DNA from: Kiritimatiellia bacterium
GTDB lineage: Bacteria > Verrucomicrobiota > Kiritimatiellia > RFP12 > JAAYLN01
NCBI GenBank assembly: GCA_045627605.1
Contig: JAZQOA010000056.1
Span: forward strand, 23,685-87,684
Direction: 5' to 3'
DNA length: 64,000 nucleotides
Below the pieces are notes generated by a model. The model made no database searches. It saw only the letters and a program-made list of their open reading frames with translations, and was not told where the DNA came from. Of the stretch, positions 1 through 9,365 are shown piece after piece (position 1 is the stretch's first letter; each line of letters opens with the position of its first letter). The translations under genes and the position numbers were made by a program.

Positions 1-16
1 CCTGTCTTGCGTTTTC

Positions 17-1921
17 CTACAGCAGGCCCGAGACAAGCTTGACGAAGTCAAGCGGGTTGCGGGGCTGCGACCCTTCGCCCACGAGGGCGAGGTCATAGAG
101 CGCCCCGATCTTCGAGAGGAGCGCCTCGTCGTCGCGGACTTCCGACTTGAGTTCGTCGGCCAGGCGCTTCATCACGGGGTGCCTGGGGTTGAGCTCGAGG
201 ATGCGGAGTTGCTTCGGGACGTCCTGGCCCATCGCCTTCATCATGCGGACCATGGTCTGGTTCATCGCGCCTTCTTCCGCGACAAGGCAGCAGGCGCTGT
301 CCGTGAGGCGGGGCGAGAGACGGACGTCCTTGACGTCTTCCTTCAGCTTGTCCTTGATGAAGTCGAGAAGCGCCTTGTACTCCTTGCCGGCCTCTTCGAG
401 ATCCTTCTTCTCGGCGGCCTTCTCCTCGTCGGTGCCGAGCTCGATCTCGCCCTTGTCGATGGCGCGAAGCTTGCATCCGTCGTATTCGGAGAGGGTTTCG
501 AGCATCCACTCGTCTACAGGGTCGGTGAAGAAAAGCACGTCGAGCCCGCGCTTGCGGAAAGCTTCGAGCTGCGGGGAGTTCCTGGCGTTTTCAAGAGACT
601 CCGCGACAAGGTAGTAGATGTCCTTCTGGCCTTCGGGCATGGCATCCTTGTAGGCCTTGAGCGTGGTCATCTTGCCGCCCTCGGTCTTGACGGATGCGAA
701 CATCAGGAGTTCCTTGAGCTTGTCGGCGTGCTCGTAGTCGGAATGGACGCCTTCCTTGAGGACCTTTCCAAAGCCGCGGAAGAAGTCGAGGTAGGTGTCG
801 GCGTTGTCCTTCTTGAGCGCCTCGAGATCGGCGAGGATCTTGCCGACGAGCGACGAACGCATCTTGCGGATCACGGCGTCGTCCTGCAACATTTCGCGCG
901 AAACATTGAGCGGCAGGTCCGAGGAGTCCACCACGCCCTTGACGAAGCGCAGGTACTCGGGCAGGAGCTCCTCGAAGTCGGAGCCGATGAAGACGTTGCG
1001 CACGTAGAGCTGCAGGCCGTGCTTGCGGTTGGGCATGAAGAGGTCGAAGCCGGGCTTCGGCGGGATGAAAAGCAACGCCTTGAACTCGAGCTGCCCCTCG
1101 GCCGAGTAGTGGATCGTGCGGAGCGGCGCCTCGTAGTCGTGCGTGACGTGCTTGTAGAACTCGGCGTATTCCTCGTCCTTGATCTCGTTCTTCGCGCGGC
1201 GCCAAATCGCGCGCATCGTGTTCAGCGGCTTCTGCTCGTCCTCTTCGCGGCGCTTCCTGTCCTCATCCTTCTCGTCGGCGGGGACTTCGGCGTTGCGGAA
1301 GCGGATCGGGTAGGCGATGAAGTCGGAGTACTGCTTGACAAGCGACTTGATTTCCCACGAGTCGAGGAACTGCTTGTGGGCCTCGCCGAGCTTGAGCGTG
1401 ATCGTCGTACCGGGCGCGGTGCGGTCGGAGGGCTCGATCGTGTAGTTGCCCTTGCCGTCGGAAATCCAGCGGACGGCCTCGTTGCCCTCGCCGCGGCGGA
1501 GCGTGTCGACCTTGACCATGTCCGCAACCATGAAGGCGGCGTAGAAGCCGACGCCGAACTGGCCGATCATCTCGGGTGCGCCGGCGGCGTCCTTCTTGAG
1601 GGAGTCCATGAACGCCTGGGTGCCGGAACGGGCGATCGTGCCGAGGTTCGACTCCGCCTCCTCGGCGGTCATGCCGATGCCGTTGTCCGAAATCCTGAGT
1701 GTGCCATCCTTCTTGTTGGCCTCGATTGAGATCGCCCATTCGGGGGAGTCCGCCACGAGGGTCTTGTCCGTGAGGCCGAGGTACTGCGCGCGGTCGATGG
1801 CGTCGGATGCGTTTGAGATAAGTTCGCGCAGGAAGATTTCCTTCTTCGAGTAGAGCGAGTTCACGACGAGGTCGAGCATCTCGCCGACTTCCGCCTGGAA
1901 TGCCTTGGTTTTCTTTTCCAT
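17..1921 (-). CDS. htpG: Molecular chaperone HtpG (Hsp90)
   Basis: 634-aa ORF. N-terminal GHKL ATPase motifs (ELISNASDAIDRA, NGIGM) and full-length HtpG-like architecture. Confidence 0.95.
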   Translation of the reverse strand: MEKKTKAFQAEVGEMLDLVVNSLYSKKEIFLRELISNASDAIDRAQYLGLTDKTLVADSPEWAISIEANKKDGTLRISDNGIGMTAEEAESNLGTIARSGTQAFMDSLKKDAAGAPEMIGQFGVGFYAAFMVADMVKVDTLRRGEGNEAVRWISDGKGNYTIEPSDRTAPGTTITLKLGEAHKQFLDSWEIKSLVKQYSDFIAYPIRFRNAEVPADEKDEDRKRREEDEQKPLNTMRAIWRRAKNEIKDEEYAEFYKHVTHDYEAPLRTIHYSAEGQLEFKALLFIPPKPGFDLFMPNRKHGLQLYVRNVFIGSDFEELLPEYLRFVKGVVDSSDLPLNVSREMLQDDAVIRKMRSSLVGKILADLEALKKDNADTYLDFFRGFGKVLKEGVHSDYEHADKLKELLMFASVKTEGGKMTTLKAYKDAMPEGQKDIYYLVAESLENARNSPQLEAFRKRGLDVLFFTDPVDEWMLETLSEYDGCKLRAIDKGEIELGTDEEKAAEKKDLEEAGKEYKALLDFIKDKLKEDVKDVRLSPRLTDSACCLVAEEGAMNQTMVRMMKAMGQDVPKQLRILELNPRHPVMKRLADELKSEVRDDEALLSKIGALYDLALVGEGSQPRNPLDFVKLVSGLL

Positions 1922-1959
1922 AAGTTAAGATTCCCTATTTTGCTTTTCGAGTCAGGTGT

Positions 1960-1996
1960 TAAAAACAAGGGGCCGGGGCGGATGCCCCGGCCCCCC
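1960..1996 (-). terminator. Rho-independent terminator downstream of groEL
   Basis: GC hairpin GGGGCCGGGGC-GGAT-GCCCCGGCCCC. On the minus strand it is followed by TTGTTTTT, immediately 3' of the groEL stop. Confidence 0.6.
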
Positions 1997-2014
1997 GCGT
2001 GAGAACGGGACGGA

Positions 2015-3661
<1,647 letters not shown>

Positions 3662-3718
3662 TTTTATTTCTCCTTTTGCCGCGGCGGCCGCCGGTGGGCG
3701 CCGCCGCGAAACCGATGT

Positions 3719-4006
3719 TTATTCGAGAACGCCGAGAAGATCCTCTTCGCGGACGAGCTGGTAGGTCTTGTCGTCGAGCTTGACCTCGGTCCCGCCGTAC
3801 TTCGGCAGGAGGACGCGGTCGCCGACCTTGACGTCGAACTTGAGTTCCTTGCCGTCCTTGTCGCGCTTGACGCCGACGGCGATCACCTTGCCCTCCATGG
3901 GCTTTTCCTTGGCGGTGTCGGGAATGTAGATGCCGCCCTTGAGCTGTTCCTTAGCCTCGACAGGCTCGATGAGCACGCGCTCACCCAGGGGTCTGATTTT
4001 AGCCAT
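3719..4006 (-). CDS. groS: Co-chaperonin GroES (10 kDa)
   Basis: 95-aa ORF starting [23 protein letters not shown], 57 bp upstream of groEL. Confidence 0.95.
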   Translation of the reverse strand: MAKIRPLGERVLIEPVEAKEQLKGGIYIPDTAKEKPMEGKVIAVGVKRDKDGKELKFDVKVGDRVLLPKYGGTEVKLDDKTYQLVREEDLLGVLE

Positions 4007-4042
4007 GATGTGTTTTCTCCGTTGTTGTTGGTTAGGAATTGT

Positions 4043-4076
4043 CCCGCGGCGGCGTGGTGGGGTCGCCGCCGCGGGG
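4043..4076 (-). terminator. GC-rich inverted repeat between the dnaK stop and the groES start (possible dnaK terminator or attenuator; no T-tract)
   Basis: Perfect 12-bp stem CCCGCGGCGGCG / CGCCGCCGCGGG with a 9-nt loop. No U-tract, so read-through into groES is possible. Confidence 0.35.
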
Positions 4077-4085
4077 AAGTCGAAG

Positions 4086-5996
4086 TTAGTTGTTCATCGT
4101 GAAGTCGCCGTCGATGACGTCGTCGTCCTTCTTCGCGCCGGCGTCGCCGCCGGGCGGAGGCGGGGGAGGCGTGCCGGCGCCCGGCTGGGCGCCCTGCGCG
4201 CCGGCCTGCTGGGAGTAGAGCTCCTGGCCGATGGCCTGCACCGCGGTCATGAGCGCCTCCTTCTTGGCCTTGATGGCCGCGAGGTCGGAGCCCTTGAGCG
4301 CGTCCTTGAGGTCGGCGAGCGCCTTCTCGACCGGGGCCTTCTTCTCGGCGGAGATCTTGTCGCCGCTTTCCTTGAGGGCCTTCTCGGTCTGGTAGACCGC
4401 GCTGTCCGCCTGGTTGCGCTCGTCGATCTCCTCCTTGCGCTTCTCGTCCTCGGCCGCGTGGGCCTCGGCGTCCTTGCGCATCCGCTCGACCTCCTCCTTG
4501 GAGAGGCCCGAGGGGGCGGTGATCGTGATCTTCTGCTCCTTGCCCGTGCCGAGATCCTTGGCGCTCACGTTGAGGATGCCGTTGGCGTCGATGTCGAAGG
4601 TGACCTCGATCTGCGGGACGCCGCGCGGCGCCGGCGCGATGCCGTCGAGCATGAAGTTGCCGATCTTCTTGTTGTCCGCCGCCATCTTGCGCTCGCCCTG
4701 GAGCACCACGATGTCGACGCCGGGCTGGTTGTCCGCGGCCGTGGAGAAGATTTCGCTCTTCTTCGTCGGGATCGTCGTGTTGCGCTCGATGAGCGGCGTG
4801 GAGATGCCGCCGAGCGTCATGATGCCAAGCGTGAGCGGCGTGACGTCGAGGAGGAGCACGTCCTTGACCTCGCCCTTGAGGATGCCGCCCTGGATCGAGG
4901 CGCCGATCGCCACGACTTCGTCGGGGTTCACGCCCTTGTGCGGCTCCTTGCCGAAGACCTCCTTGGCCTGGTCCTGGAGGCGCGGCATGCGGGTCTGGCC
5001 GCCGACGAGGACGACTTCGTCGACCTTGTCGATGGAGGCGTCGCGCATGCAGCCGCGGCAGGGGCCGACCGTCCGCTGGACGAGCGACTCGGAGAGCTGC
5101 TCGAGCTTGGCGCGGGTGAGGGTGAGCTGGAGGTGCTTGGGGCCGGTCGCGTCGGCGGTGATGAAGGGGAGGTTGATCTCCGAGTTCATCGCGCTCGAAA
5201 GCTCGATCTTGGCCTTCTCCGCCGCCTCGCGGAGGCGCTGGAGCGCCATCTCGTCCTTCGAGAGGTCGATGCCGTTGGAGGCCTTGAAGTCGTCGATCAT
5301 CCAGCGCATCACGGCCTGGTCGAGGTCGTCGCCGCCGAGGTGCGTGTCGCCGTTGGTGGCCATGACCTCGAAGACGCCGTCGCCGATGTCGAGGATCGAG
5401 ACGTCGAACGTGCCGCCGCCGAAGTCGTAGACCGCGATCTTCTCGTCCTTCTTCTTGTCGAGGCCGTAGGCGAGCGACGCCGCGGTCGGCTCGTTGATGA
5501 TGCGCTTGACGTCGAGGCCCGCGATGCGGCCCGCGTCCTTGGTCGCCTGGCGCTGGCTGTCGTTGAAGTACGCCGGGACGGTGATGACCGCCTCGGTGAT
5601 CTTCTCGCCCAGGAAGGCCTCGGCGTCGGTCTTGAGCTTCTGGAGGATCATCGCCGAGATCTCGGGCGGCGAGTAGGTCTTGTCGCCGACCTTGACGTGG
5701 GCGTCGCCGTTGGCGGCGCGGACCACCTCGTACGGCACGAGGTCGATTTCCTGCGAGACCTCGTCGTACTTGCGGCCCATGAAGCGCTTGATCGAGTAAA
5801 TCGTCATCTTGGGGTTCGTGACGGCCTGGCGCTTGGCGGCCTGGCCGACGAGACGCTCGCCGTTCTTCGTGAAGGCGACAATCGACGGCGTCGTACGCGC
5901 ACCCTCGGCGTTGGGGATTACGGTAGGCTGGCCGCCTTCCATGACGGCCATGCACGAATTGGTCGTGCCCAAGTCTATTCCAAGTACTTTTGACAT
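4086..5996 (-). CDS. dnaK: Molecular chaperone DnaK (Hsp70)
   Basis: Motifs [21 protein letters not shown] and GGDDLD. Start taken at MSKVLG (ATG at 5996, AAGGAGA RBS), not at the longer upstream ORF start at 6086. Confidence 0.95.
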   Translation of the reverse strand: MSKVLGIDLGTTNSCMAVMEGGQPTVIPNAEGARTTPSIVAFTKNGERLVGQAAKRQAVTNPKMTIYSIKRFMGRKYDEVSQEIDLVPYEVVRAANGDAHVKVGDKTYSPPEISAMILQKLKTDAEAFLGEKITEAVITVPAYFNDSQRQATKDAGRIAGLDVKRIINEPTAASLAYGLDKKKDEKIAVYDFGGGTFDVSILDIGDGVFEVMATNGDTHLGGDDLDQAVMRWMIDDFKASNGIDLSKDEMALQRLREAAEKAKIELSSAMNSEINLPFITADATGPKHLQLTLTRAKLEQLSESLVQRTVGPCRGCMRDASIDKVDEVVLVGGQTRMPRLQDQAKEVFGKEPHKGVNPDEVVAIGASIQGGILKGEVKDVLLLDVTPLTLGIMTLGGISTPLIERNTTIPTKKSEIFSTAADNQPGVDIVVLQGERKMAADNKKIGNFMLDGIAPAPRGVPQIEVTFDIDANGILNVSAKDLGTGKEQKITITAPSGLSKEEVERMRKDAEAHAAEDEKRKEEIDERNQADSAVYQTEKALKESGDKISAEKKAPVEKALADLKDALKGSDLAAIKAKKEALMTAVQAIGQELYSQQAGAQGAQPGAGTPPPPPPGGDAGAKKDDDVIDGDFTMNN

Positions 5997-6242
5997 TTTC
6001 TGTTTCTCCTTTGTGCCGCCCTCTACGTCTCTTTTCGACTGGAGCGGTCGCCTAATATTCAAGCAATCGCCATGCCAACTTTGCAAGGCCTCGGCATTTC
6101 ATCGCGCCAAACACCTGCGCAACAACTTTCTAATTTAATGAAAACAAAAATTGGCACACGGGGCCTGTCACACCGTGAATGTCACACTTTTCCGGACGCC
6201 AACCCAAAACTGCGACATCGTGTCACACCCCGGTTGCGGCGG

Positions 6243-6532
6243 CGCGAACCTTTCGCGTCTCGTGTCCTTCTGCGGCGAGCAAGGGCGTGAGACACGAGAC
6301 GAGAGACATGAAGCACCAGCTCCATCCTCGATCAACTGCGGCGGCGGGGCGATCCTTTCGCGTCTCGTGTCTCGCGTCTCGTGTCCTTCTGCGGTGAGCA
6401 AGGGCGTGAGACACGAGACGCGAGACATGAAGCACCAGCTCCATCCTCGATCAACTGCGGCAGCGGGGCGATCCTTTCGCGACTCGTGTCTCGCGTCGCG
6501 TGTCCTCTGCGGTAAGCGAGGGCGTGAAGCAC
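6243..6532. repeat. Array of ~123-bp hairpin-containing repeat (REP-like), about 2.5 units
   Basis: Unit GCGATCCTTTCGCGTCTCGTGTC...GAGACACGAGACGCGAGACATGAAGCACCAGCTCCATCCTCGATCAACTGCGGCAGCGGGG, with a 13-bp inverted repeat CGCGTCTCGTGTC / GACACGAGACGCG. The same family recurs at 7345-7477 and 15470-15885. Confidence 0.85.
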
Positions 6533-6534
6533 CC

Positions 6535-6574
6535 AAAAAGCATCGTGTGCGCGTCTTCAAACGCGCACACGATG
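6535..6574 (-). terminator. Rho-independent terminator (13-bp stem plus T-tract on the minus strand)
   Basis: CATCGTGTGCGCG-TCTTCAAA-CGCGCACACGATG, followed on the minus strand by CTTTTT. Lies 3' of the duplicated adhesin 3'-end fragment. Confidence 0.6.
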
Positions 6575-6585
6575 CCGCCACCCTA

Positions 6586-6720
6586 CTTCATTTCGACCTT
6601 GACGTGGAAGAACCGGTGCGACGCCTCGACGGGGCTGCTCCACATGCCGCCGAGTTCCGCCTTGCCCTTGATCGTGTAGGTGCGCTTCGCCTCGTCCTCG
6701 GGCGGCGTGAAGGCACCGTC
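6586..6720 (-). pseudogene. Duplicated 3'-terminal fragment (about the last 45 codons) of the adhesin gene at 9366-13508
   Basis: About 90% nucleotide identity to 9366-9500. It encodes ...SSPVEASHRFFHVKVEMK-like C-terminus plus a stop, with no upstream coding continuity. Confidence 0.75.
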
Positions 6721-6739
6721 TGACCAGAAATACGCTTGC

Positions 6740-6800
6740 GATAACACCGTAATTCATGTATACTATACGGCAAAAACAAGCCAAATGAGGTAGGTTCACA
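6740..6800 (+). promoter_or_regulatory. Putative dinJ-yafQ promoter/operator with palindrome GTATA-C-TATAC
   Basis: Near-perfect inverted repeat GTATACTATAC at 6758-6768 overlapping a TATACT -10-like hexamer. The region is conserved upstream of the second TA copy (15035-15105), with GAGGT RBS. Confidence 0.4.
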
Positions 6801-7070
6801 ATGTCGAGCATGACTATTTCAGTAGATGACAAAGTCAAACGTGAGTTCTCGGCCTTCTGCAGCGATGTCGGGCTCTCCGCTTCCGCGCTCATCAACGTGT
6901 TCATGGTGAAGACGGCACGCGAACGCCGTGTGCCGTTTGTCATCGAAGTGCCGCACAGCCCAAATGCTGAAACCATCGCCGCGCTTGAAGAAGGAGATCG
7001 CATCGTCAATGACCCTACGCGCAAAAGGTACACAAACCTTGAAGAGCTTTGGAAGGATCTTGAATCGTGA
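6801..7070 (+). CDS. dinJ: Type II antitoxin, RelB/DinJ family
   Basis: 89-aa ORF MSSMTISVDDKVKREFSAFCSDVGLSASALINVFMVK, typical of DinJ. Its stop overlaps the toxin start (GTGA). Confidence 0.85.
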   Translation: MSSMTISVDDKVKREFSAFCSDVGLSASALINVFMVKTARERRVPFVIEVPHSPNAETIAALEEGDRIVNDPTRKRYTNLEELWKDLES

Positions 7071-7342
7071 AGTACGCGATTGACAGGACTGCCACTTTCA
7101 AGCGCGACTACAAAAGGGCAATCAAACGAAACTTGCCGATTGAGAAGCTTCAAGCCGTCATCGGCAAACTCGCCAGAGGCGAAGAACTTCCGCCAGCCAA
7201 TCACGACCATTCGCTTTCAGGAAACTGGTCAAACCACCGCGAATGCCATATCGCCCCAGACTGGCTGCTGATTTACCAAATCAAGGAAAGTGTCCTCGTC
7301 CTTGAATTGACACGTACCGGCACCCACGCCGACTTGTTCTAA
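7067..7342 (+). CDS. yafQ: Type II toxin, YafQ/RelE-family mRNA interferase
   Basis: 91-aa ORF with the YafQ-like C-terminus HRECHIAPDWLLIY...LTRTGTHADLF. GTG start overlaps the antitoxin stop. Confidence 0.85.
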   Translation: MKYAIDRTATFKRDYKRAIKRNLPIEKLQAVIGKLARGEELPPANHDHSLSGNWSNHRECHIAPDWLLIYQIKESVLVLELTRTGTHADLF

Positions 7343-7344
7343 CC

Positions 7345-7477
7345 CGCCGCCGACGCGATCCTTTCGCGTCTCGTGTCCTCTGCGGCGAGCGAGGTCGTGA
7401 GACATGAGACGCGAGACAAGAAGCACCAGCTCCATCCTCGATCAACTGCGGCAGCGGGGCGATCCTTTCGCGTCTCG
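7345..7477. repeat. ~123-bp hairpin repeat, about 1.1 units
   Basis: Same family as 6243-6532. It begins right after the yafQ stop with CCCGCCGCCGACGCGATCCTTTCGCG. Confidence 0.85.
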
Positions 7478-7590
7478 CGAACGATTCCCGGCTCTTTAAT
7501 CGGCGGGCAAAAGCCCGCCTATGTAAAAAGAGCGATGTAAATTGCCGAGATTGCCGAGGCAATTCACGGTAAAATGCTACAAAATGACCG
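7478..7590 (+). repeat. ~110-bp repeated element X with three consecutive palindromes (copy 1)
   Basis: CCGGGAA-CGA-TTCCCGG; GGCGGGC-AAAA-GCCCGCC; ATTGCCGAG(ATTGCCGAG)GCAAT; then GGTAAAAT. A second copy lies at 14805-14905. Confidence 0.7.
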
Positions 7591-7632
7591 GGAAATGTCA
7601 ATTACGCGGCGTTCTGGGTTCTATGCACGGGT

Positions 7633-8919
7633 TTAAGGACGAAGACAACCGATGGGGCAGATCAGGGTTCCGTCGTTCGCCTGATAGGCGTAAGCACCCT
7701 CTGCAACGACGATCATCCTGAACGACGGAGCCTTCATTAGCTTCGTGTCAATTTCTTCCTCAAGCTTTTTAAGCTTTTCACGCCCCTCTGATATAAGTGC
7801 CTCGCCGCCCAGCTTCACTTCAATGAGTCCGTACTTTCCGTTGCGCAAATGCATGACCGCATCGCACTCAAGCCCGCTCTTGTCACGGTAATGACTAACT
7901 TTCCCGTCATTCGCCTCCGCATACGTTCGCAGATCTCGCGCAACAAGCGTTTCGAAGAATAGCCCGAATGTCTTCAGATCGTTCATCAGATCGTCCGGCC
8001 CCAGTCCCAGCACCGCCGTTGCAATCGATGGATCAGTGTAATATCTCGTATCCGTCGTCCGCACCGGTGTCTTACAGCGGAGATTTGGGCACCACGCCGG
8101 CATATCCTCGACGACAAAGAGCTTTTTCAATGCTCCGATGTACGAAAAGATTGTATTCTCATGAACGCCACTTTTCGGTAAATTCGGGACAAGGTCGGCC
8201 TTGACCGCAGAGGCGGCTGATTGCGTGCCCTGCAAACGGGCCAAAGACTTCATGATGCGAAGCGCAAGGTCGGGGTCCCGCCGAATGTCGTCCACTCTGG
8301 AAATGTCCGCATTGACAATGGCATCCACATAATCAAATGCCTGACGCAATGCCGCCCTTCCCGTTTTCTCTGTTGCCTTAGGCCATCCACCGCGACAGGT
8401 CAAGTACGCGATCTCCTCCAGCGTATGCGGCATTGCATCGCCTAGTCGAACCTTACCAGCAAACAATTCTGCGAAAGAGACACCCCCCGACGATTCCTCG
8501 CTCTCGAACAATGCCATTGGGCGCATCTTGATCCAGGCAAACCTTCCGGTTCCCGTATGATGAATCTTTTTCTTCGCTTCTTCATCCAAAGGAACCGCAC
8601 TGCCAGTAAGAATGTATTTGCCGTCCCCATCCGAATGATCAACGTCAAAACGGATTGCATCCCAAAGCTCTGGCGCAATCTGCCACTCGTCAATCAACCG
8701 CGGATTATCCCCCTCCAAAAGACGTTGCGGGTTCGTTTGCGCCGTCAAAAGATACTGCCCTTGACATTTGGGGTCGTTCAGGTAGATAATACTTTTGGAA
8801 ATCTGCTCGGCTGTTGTCGTCTTCCCACACCACTTAGCCCCTTCAATCAGAACAGCGGCCTTCGCCTGAAGCGCGTCAGCCAAAATAGCGTCCAATACTC
8901 TATTTTTATACTTTTTCAT
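7633..8919 (-). CDS. AAA+ ATPase, COG1373 family (AAA_14 plus DUF4143-like C-terminal region)
   Basis: 428-aa ORF with Walker A GAKWCGKTT and Walker B LIDEWQ. Its GC is lower than the flanking DNA. Confidence 0.8.
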   Translation of the reverse strand: MKKYKNRVLDAILADALQAKAAVLIEGAKWCGKTTTAEQISKSIIYLNDPKCQGQYLLTAQTNPQRLLEGDNPRLIDEWQIAPELWDAIRFDVDHSDGDGKYILTGSAVPLDEEAKKKIHHTGTGRFAWIKMRPMALFESEESSGGVSFAELFAGKVRLGDAMPHTLEEIAYLTCRGGWPKATEKTGRAALRQAFDYVDAIVNADISRVDDIRRDPDLALRIMKSLARLQGTQSAASAVKADLVPNLPKSGVHENTIFSYIGALKKLFVVEDMPAWCPNLRCKTPVRTTDTRYYTDPSIATAVLGLGPDDLMNDLKTFGLFFETLVARDLRTYAEANDGKVSHYRDKSGLECDAVMHLRNGKYGLIEVKLGGEALISEGREKLKKLEEEIDTKLMKAPSFRMIVVAEGAYAYQANDGTLICPIGCLRP

Positions 8920-8958
8920 AGTGTTATTGTATCAAATAGAATATCTGGCATCAAGCCT

Positions 8959-9081
8959 CATTGTGACGGTTGGCGCGATTTCATTGTGGCGGTTGGCGCG
9001 ATTTCATTGTGGCGGTTGGCGCGATTTCATTGTGGCAGTTGGCGCGATTTCATTGTGGCAGTTGGCGCGATTTCATTGTGA
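8959..9081. repeat. 23-bp perfect tandem direct repeats x about 5.3 (iteron-like), in the 5' region of the ATPase gene
   Basis: CATTGTG(A/G)CGGTTGGCGCGATTT repeated head-to-tail with period 23, with only 1-2 substitutions between units. It starts 40 bp upstream of the ATPase start codon. Confidence 0.9.
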
Positions 9082-9090
9082 GTCCACGAG

Positions 9091-9136
9091 CATCCCTTAT
9101 GCCCCCGCATCTGTGGGGGCATAAGGGATGTTTTTG
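9091..9136 (+). terminator. Strong stem-loop with T-tract (terminator-like) on the plus strand
   Basis: Perfect 16-bp stem CATCCCTTATGCCCCC / GGGGGCATAAGGGATG with a 9-nt loop, followed by TTTTT. Confidence 0.5.
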
Positions 9137-9365
9137 GGGCGGACGAGACGATCCAGCTGACCGACTCGCGCACGGCGGAGGTGTACCCGACGAGCTGCGC
9201 CGCGTGACCGCCATGGTCGAAATCAACGGCAGAAGGCAGAAGATGACGTTCCTCACAAACACCCCGTCTGGGCGGCCTCGACCGTCGCCGAACTCTACCG
9301 GGATCTGCGGGAGATTCATTAAGGTCGGTCGGCGCGAAGGCGGCGACTGACCAAGAATAGCCACC

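Noticed and set aside
179-1729. Long antisense or alternate-frame ORFs across htpG, groEL, dnaK, TRAP, lpxB and alpha-gal (e.g. 179..1729+, 2063..4102+, 3883..5955-, 3930..5993+, 29930..31924-, 34526..36256+, 36753..38450+, 37231..38424-)
   Set aside because: They are typical high-GC artefacts: Arg/Ala/Pro-rich low-complexity translations fully overlapping well-supported conserved genes.
4007-4085. CIRCE/HrcA operator or a sigma32 promoter upstream of groES (and upstream of dnaK, 5997-6150)
   Set aside because: No TTAGCACTC-N9-GAGTGCTAA element, and no convincing CTTGAAA-N13-15-CCCCATNT match. Only a GC hairpin is present.
6243-6532. 123-bp hairpin repeat arrays (also 7345-7477 and 15470-15885) as CRISPR arrays
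   Set aside because: The unit is about 123 bp rather than 28-37 bp. The segments between the hairpins are conserved between copies (no unique spacers). No cas genes are present.
6151-6723. ORFs inside the repeat arrays and island intergenic regions (6151..6723+, 6168..6581-, 15119..15901-, 14723..15085- and similar)
   Set aside because: They are generated by the repeat units themselves (repetitive translations) and lack start context.
8959-9081. 23-bp tandem array as a CRISPR or as a repeat-peptide coding ORF (ORFs 8557..9081, 8921..9124, 8970..9350)
   Set aside because: The repeats are contiguous with no spacers. The 'proteins' are merely translations of the DNA repeat in all three frames, and there is no RBS or start context.
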